Shown here: positions 59,464 to 64,000 of the stretch, piece by piece | Layout: every line of letters starts with the position of its first letter | Numbering within the stretch: position 1 is the first letter of the stretch | Source of the DNA: Candidatus Latescibacterota bacterium | GTDB lineage: Bacteria; Latescibacterota; UBA2968; GCA-2709665 | Length of the DNA: 64,000 nucleotides | Assembly: GCA_965226795.1 (NCBI GenBank) | Contig: CBDDDZ010000002.1 | Coordinates: 224,001 to 288,000 of the forward strand | Reading direction: 5' to 3' | Translations under genes and position numbers: made by a program | Notes under the pieces: generated by a model | Databases searched by the model: none | Told to the model about the DNA's origin: nothing | What the model saw: the letters and a program-made list of their open reading frames with translations, nothing else

Positions 59464-60519
59464 GTGGAGTTGACAAGCACTGTACGGAAGAAAGAACTGA
59501 CCGTGCCATTGGATTACACCAGGTACGCGCGTGACGAGGATGTGGCGTTTTTCCAGCGCGAACTGGCATCGTTCGTACCGGACAGGGTGTACGACGCCCA
59601 CTGCCATCCGGACGTGCCGGGCAGCGGGAAGCCGCTGGTGAAAGACTTTGAAGCGGGTGTGGATCACGCCGACTATGTGCGGTTGATGGACTGCATGATG
59701 CCGGGGCGGGTTATCGCGGCGAATTTCATCTCGTTCCACGCGAGTCCGGAATGGCATGCCAGGTCCAACGAATGGACGGCCAGACAGGCGGCGCGCGATG
59801 TCCGCTGCCGGGGCGAGTTCTTTGTGAGGCCCGACGACGATCCGGAGTGGGTGCGGCAGGAGGCGAAGCGCCTGGGCCTGAGCGGGCTGAAGTGCTATCA
59901 CCTCCAGGCGCCGAGACACCCGTCGTGGGAGGAGGGCCGGCCCACGTGGGATGCGGATATCTGCGATTATCTGCCGGAGTGTCTGGTGAAGGTGGCCGAC
60001 GACGAGGGCTGGGTGATTACCCTGCATCTGGTCAAGCGGCGGGCGGTGGCGGATCCTGCGAATATCCACTGGATACGGCGTTACTGCGAGACGTATCCGA
60101 ATATGAAGCTGATCCTGGCGCACTCCGCACGAGGGTTTCAACCGGCGCACAATCTGGAGGGCCTGGCGCAGTTGGAGGGATTGGAGAATCTGTATTTCGA
60201 TTGCAGCGTCAACTGTGAGCCGATCGCGCACCAGAGCATCATTCGCGTCTTCGGACACGGAAAGCTGATGTATGGGTCCGACTTTCCCGTGAGCCATCTG
60301 CGCGGGCGATCGCTGGGTGCCGCGGACTCGTTCCTGTGGCTCTACGAAGACACGCCGGTCTGGGGAGAAAAGCACAGCAGGGTCGATCCGGTGCTGATCG
60401 GGCTGGAGCAGTTGCGCTCGCTGAAGTGGGCGTGCTGGTCGGAACGGCTCACCGACAGCCAGGTGGAGGACGTCTTCTGGAACAATGCGGCGGCGTTGTT
60501 TAACGTGACCACGGATTGA
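59464..60519 (+). CDS. Amidohydrolase family protein
   Basis: YDAHCH, GLKCYH, LILAH, YGSDFP, NNA..LF. Confidence 0.88.
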   Translation: MELTSTVRKKELTVPLDYTRYARDEDVAFFQRELASFVPDRVYDAHCHPDVPGSGKPLVKDFEAGVDHADYVRLMDCMMPGRVIAANFISFHASPEWHARSNEWTARQAARDVRCRGEFFVRPDDDPEWVRQEAKRLGLSGLKCYHLQAPRHPSWEEGRPTWDADICDYLPECLVKVADDEGWVITLHLVKRRAVADPANIHWIRRYCETYPNMKLILAHSARGFQPAHNLEGLAQLEGLENLYFDCSVNCEPIAHQSIIRVFGHGKLMYGSDFPVSHLRGRSLGAADSFLWLYEDTPVWGEKHSRVDPVLIGLEQLRSLKWACWSERLTDSQVEDVFWNNAAALFNVTTD

Positions 60520-60699
60520 ACGTCGATGGTCGAGGCGGCACTCCAGTCGACTTTAATGAAGTGTTAACGCGGGGCGGTCAGAAAAGGTATCCGGCCACTC
60601 AAATTATGCAGAAAATAGATAATTTTTGTAACTAAGTGCCATTATTATGCAAATATAAGATAATTTCTCGCTGCGTATGAGGCAACCACTTCAATTAAT

Positions 60700-60728
60700 T
60701 TGACTTGGTCTATGTTCTAAGCTATGCT
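60700..60728 (+). promoter_or_regulatory. Sigma70 promoter of the putative toxin-antitoxin operon
   Basis: TTGACT-N17-TATGCT. Confidence 0.6.
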
Positions 60729-60802
60729 TTTCGCACATGCGCGACGGGAAGTTGGGATCGCGGGAGAAATGCATTTGCGATACAAACCGCAGGGAGTGAG
60801 AC

Positions 60803-61294
60803 ATGGGCGTAGCAGTCATGGATGTGCCTGTTGCGGGAGAAGTGTCGTCTTTGATAGATCGTTCAGCGCGGGAGAACATGGATGCATTGTCGCGCCCTTC
60901 AATTTCAGGCGAGATATACCGAAATTTTGAAATTACCAATGATGTTGTTTTGAATGCCATGGCTGATTGGCATAAGTTTCTGAAGCTACTTGAAGAGAAC
61001 CCTGCAAACTACAAATCTATGTGCCGCGACGGTGATGTGAAAAGGGCTATCGCCGGCCTGGATGAAGCCGGGAAGACAGTGCGGAGAGAAACCTGGCTGG
61101 CTCTCGGAGAGAAAATTAAGGAGAACCACCCCGGCCTTTACGATAAATTCAAATTGGTGGATGAGAATATTGTAGCCTTTGGCGCACTCCTGCAAGAGGT
61201 AAGCTGGACCCTGTTGATTCTGCATCGGGAAGACCAGCCCAGCACGGGGAAGTCGTTTTCCGTAGATGAGGCAATTGCCGACTTGTGGAGTTAG
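60803..61294 (+). CDS. Hypothetical protein, putative antitoxin
   Basis: GGGAG RBS; acidic C-terminus SFSVDEAIADL; overlaps the downstream RelE-like ORF. Confidence 0.6.
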   Translation: MGVAVMDVPVAGEVSSLIDRSARENMDALSRPSISGEIYRNFEITNDVVLNAMADWHKFLKLLEENPANYKSMCRDGDVKRAIAGLDEAGKTVRRETWLALGEKIKENHPGLYDKFKLVDENIVAFGALLQEVSWTLLILHREDQPSTGKSFSVDEAIADLWS

Positions 61295-61614
61295 ACGTGG
61301 CTGGATCGTATCTCCCGGCGGTACAAAGAATCCAGTATCACAATAACGATGTCAGAAAGGACGTAAAAAAGTTACCAAATAAAAAAAAACGGCTCGAAGA
61401 GTTCATGAATAATCTCCGTGTCGGTCAGATACCCAGGACAGGGAAAAACATCGCACAAGTGGCAAACGTTAAATAGTATCGTTTAAACGATCAGTATCGC
61501 GTAGCCTTTTCGTTTCGAGATGGGACAGCAGTGATAAAATGCGTTGGCGATCATCCGAAAATTGAAAAATACCTCGCCAAGGTGGAATCGGAATCACGAA
61601 AGCATCGAAGATAA
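61285..61614 (+). pseudogene. RelE/HigB-like toxin with in-frame TAG at 61474-61476
   Basis: ...QVANVK*YRLNDQYRVAFSFRDGTAVIKCVGDHPKIEKYL...; basic protein of about 109 codons. Confidence 0.65.
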
Positions 61615-61740
61615 CCCAAACAAGACGCCGCATCGTAGATTTGAACCCTCACAATCCAAGCTAAAATACCAACCAGGGGGTTCGACACGTAGGCTAAAAC
61701 CGTCTGCAAATCGGCGTAATTCCATAAAGAATGCGACAGG

Positions 61741-61776
61741 AAAAAAGAAGCCGAGGTGAAAACCTCGGCCTCTTTG
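61741..61776. terminator. Intrinsic terminator
   Basis: AAAAAAGAAGCCGAGGT-gaaa-ACCTCGGCCTCTTT between convergent genes. Confidence 0.7.
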
Positions 61777-61922
61777 TCATCTGTTTTCTCGTGGTCCGGG
61801 CGGTGATTGTGGCCTGGGTGGTGACTGTGGAGTTGTTTCAGGTCTTGGAGGCGGTGCCGGTCTCGGGCTTGCGGGATTACGCGGTGGTCTTATGGCTCAT
61901 TCTTGCCCGCCTCTTTCTCCCA

Positions 61923-62438
61923 TCAGGCCTCCCTGATTGAATATTGATCTACCAGTGAATTATCTGCTTCTCTTTGGCTTTTGATGTTGAATTTGTCATT
62001 TACCGAGATATCTGCCCAACCAGGAATGCTTGTTGCCCTCTCGCCGGATTCAATAAGATCCATCAGTATATCGTAGGCTTCATTATTGTCTATCGCGTTG
62101 TTTTCTATCTTCGACCACAACGCTTTGTGTTTGTCCTGCAAATCAAAACACATGACGCTTACCGCATGAAGACTGGCGGATTTTCTTGCATGATTCCCAA
62201 GTAGGCCAAGCACACTAACTGCAACAATGCCCAGATCTACTATGACTTCAGCCAGCCTACCTATGTAGTCCGAAAACATAAAGCGACCAGCCCCGGCTAT
62301 TGCGCAGAGCGCAAGTCCTATCATGATAGCATTGTGTCGCCTGCGATAATAACGAGAAAGTTCATCGTAGCATCTGGCCGCCCTCTCTACATCCAGATAC
62401 TCATTCCAGGCCATCCTTCGAGTAGCGTCACTGACCAT
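61923..62438 (-). CDS. Two-TM SLATT-like membrane protein
   Basis: Helix, RYYRRRH, TM, TM, A..H, helical tail; GGAGG RBS; low GC. Confidence 0.6.
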   Translation of the reverse strand: MVSDATRRMAWNEYLDVERAARCYDELSRYYRRRHNAIMIGLALCAIAGAGRFMFSDYIGRLAEVIVDLGIVAVSVLGLLGNHARKSASLHAVSVMCFDLQDKHKALWSKIENNAIDNNEAYDILMDLIESGERATSIPGWADISVNDKFNIKSQREADNSLVDQYSIREA

Positions 62439-63012
62439 GGCGGACCTCCGAAGTCAACTACATCCCGTCGCAACGACAAAACGCGGGCTTCATCCTCTCA
62501 ACTAAAGGTACCGGATCGTACTTTGCGAGTCAAACGATTTTCGATGATACGGGCTCGGTACTTGAAGCCATTTCATCCGATTGCTCCTCCTCTCCGCCCG
62601 ATATACTACATTGAACCCGGCCGGCCTGTGGCGATTACACAAACGGGATTGCGGCTCATAGACCTGCCTGTCCGAATTCGTTTGAACGGCGGTGGGTTTT
62701 GAAAACCCATCAGCGAAGTTTCGGCAGATTCGGTGAGTTGTCGCTAGGTGTGTCTGAGACCGATCGTTCTGAGAGGAAATGTAACGGCGAAGCGTTGAGG
62801 GAAAGACAGCAAAAAGGACCAGAATATGTACAAGATAGATTATCGTTGTTGCAATATGCAACAGTGATGCAAAATCAAGGTAATTCCCCGCTGAACATGT
62901 TGACGTCGGGAAAGAATAAACCGACCGACGTCGCCGGCGCCGATGATCAGCGGTTCTTTGGGGACGATGTTTCGGAGGGAAATTTGAACCTGCGCGCCTG
63001 ATGTGGTGGCGG

Positions 63013-63999
63013 CTAAGGTCTGTAGATCAGCACGTGATCCGAAGCCTCGCCGTCTTTCAATCCGTCGACAATCAGCACGCGACCATCACGAAGGACCGTT
63101 GTTGTATAAAACAGTCGATTCTGCCCGATGCTGTCTCCCGTGCGACCGAACGTCCCGGAGGCCGGATCGTAAAGGACCACGTTTCCATCTTCGCCGCCGA
63201 TGAGAAACACTTCCCCCTTGCGAAGTACGGCGGCGGCCCGAATCGGCGTGATACCTGGAGTTCCCGCCGGCGAGAACGTTCCGGTAGCCGGGTCATATAG
63301 TTCGGCGGCCGTTACCTGCTCAGGAGAGGCCGGTTCGCCTTTAACACCGCCAACAACCAATACCCTTCCGTCTCGAAGAAGCACGGCTTTGTGATTTCGC
63401 CGTTCGTTGTGCAATTCGCCAACTTCCGTAAAGGCGTTGGACGTCGGGTCATAGATTTCCGCTGCTTTGCCCGAGGCCGCAGGATAGCCGCCGCCAACGA
63501 TGAGTATGCGCCCATCCAGCAGCAAAGTAGCCGTATGGCCTCCTCGACTGCCATCCAACCCGGAAATTGACGTGAAGTTGCCCGTGTCCGGGTCGAAAAT
63601 GGCCACGCCCAATGCGCAATATGTGAGGATGCTGCCATCGGGAAGTAACGCTGCCGTGCCGATGTCTCCCAACGTTGCGTTGTATGCGGAGAATCTTCCC
63701 GATTGCGGATCGTAAATCTCCACCGGAGGGAGGTGCCAACCCAATATTACGACCCGGCCATCCTGTAGCAATATTCCCGTGTCGCGAGTTCGAGCCACCG
63801 ACATGCTACGAGCCACCGATGAGGTTTGGGTCTCAGGATCGAATAGCTCCGTGCTGTCGTGATACAGTCCCGGAGACGTATGACCCGGGCGATCCGTCGG
63901 GGCGCCGCCCGAGATGAGAACGTGGCCGTTTTTCAATAGGGTCGAAGTATGCCAGAACCGCTTTTGGGTCAGATTTCCGGCGAAGTCAAAGCCCTTCAG
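63013..63999 (-). CDS. Kelch-repeat protein, 5'-partial
   Basis: Repeated R..HTATLL.DGRVLIVGG...AE.YDP; frame open to the window edge. Confidence 0.9.
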   Translation of the reverse strand: MKGFDFAGNLTQKRFWHTSTLLKNGHVLISGGAPTDRPGHTSPGLYHDSTELFDPETQTSSVARSMSVARTRDTGILLQDGRVVILGWHLPPVEIYDPQSGRFSAYNATLGDIGTAALLPDGSILTYCALGVAIFDPDTGNFTSISGLDGSRGGHTATLLLDGRILIVGGGYPAASGKAAEIYDPTSNAFTEVGELHNERRNHKAVLLRDGRVLVVGGVKGEPASPEQVTAAELYDPATGTFSPAGTPGITPIRAAAVLRKGEVFLIGGEDGNVVLYDPASGTFGRTGDSIGQNRLFYTTTVLRDGRVLIVDGLKDGEASDHVLIYRP

Positions 64000-64000
64000 G

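Noticed and set aside
61474..61476. Pyrrolysine or genome-wide TAG recoding
   Set aside because: Many intact genes in the window end at TAG, and there is no methylamine methyltransferase or pyl context

Overview
High-GC bacterial chromosomal segment. The gene mix suggests a Latescibacterota/Poribacteria-like heterotroph (inference only): four PhyH-family dioxygenases, two enolase-superfamily enzymes, two Ldh_2 dehydrogenases, amidohydrolases, a heparinase II/III-like protein and a BNR protein. It also carries a parE/parC-type topoisomerase pair and four TPR-GWxTD exported proteins, two of them directly downstream of an ECF sigma/zinc anti-sigma pair. Main hidden features: (1) a probable selenoprotein that the ORF track splits at an in-frame UGA (GCVU, followed by a SECIS-like hairpin; 30538-31728); (2) eight copies of a ~200-nt intergenic module with covarying stems and a divergent core of near-constant length (78-82 nt) with fixed-offset anchors, built into larger inverted composite elements; (3) a shared ECF-type promoter upstream of the sigma gene, one GWxTD gene and an exported thioredoxin; (4) a RelE-like toxin interrupted by one amber codon in a low-GC islet next to a SLATT-like gene; (5) a rearrangement scar with an integron att-like site. 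No rRNA, tRNA or CRISPR array was seen. Family calls come from motif recognition by eye; no database search was run.
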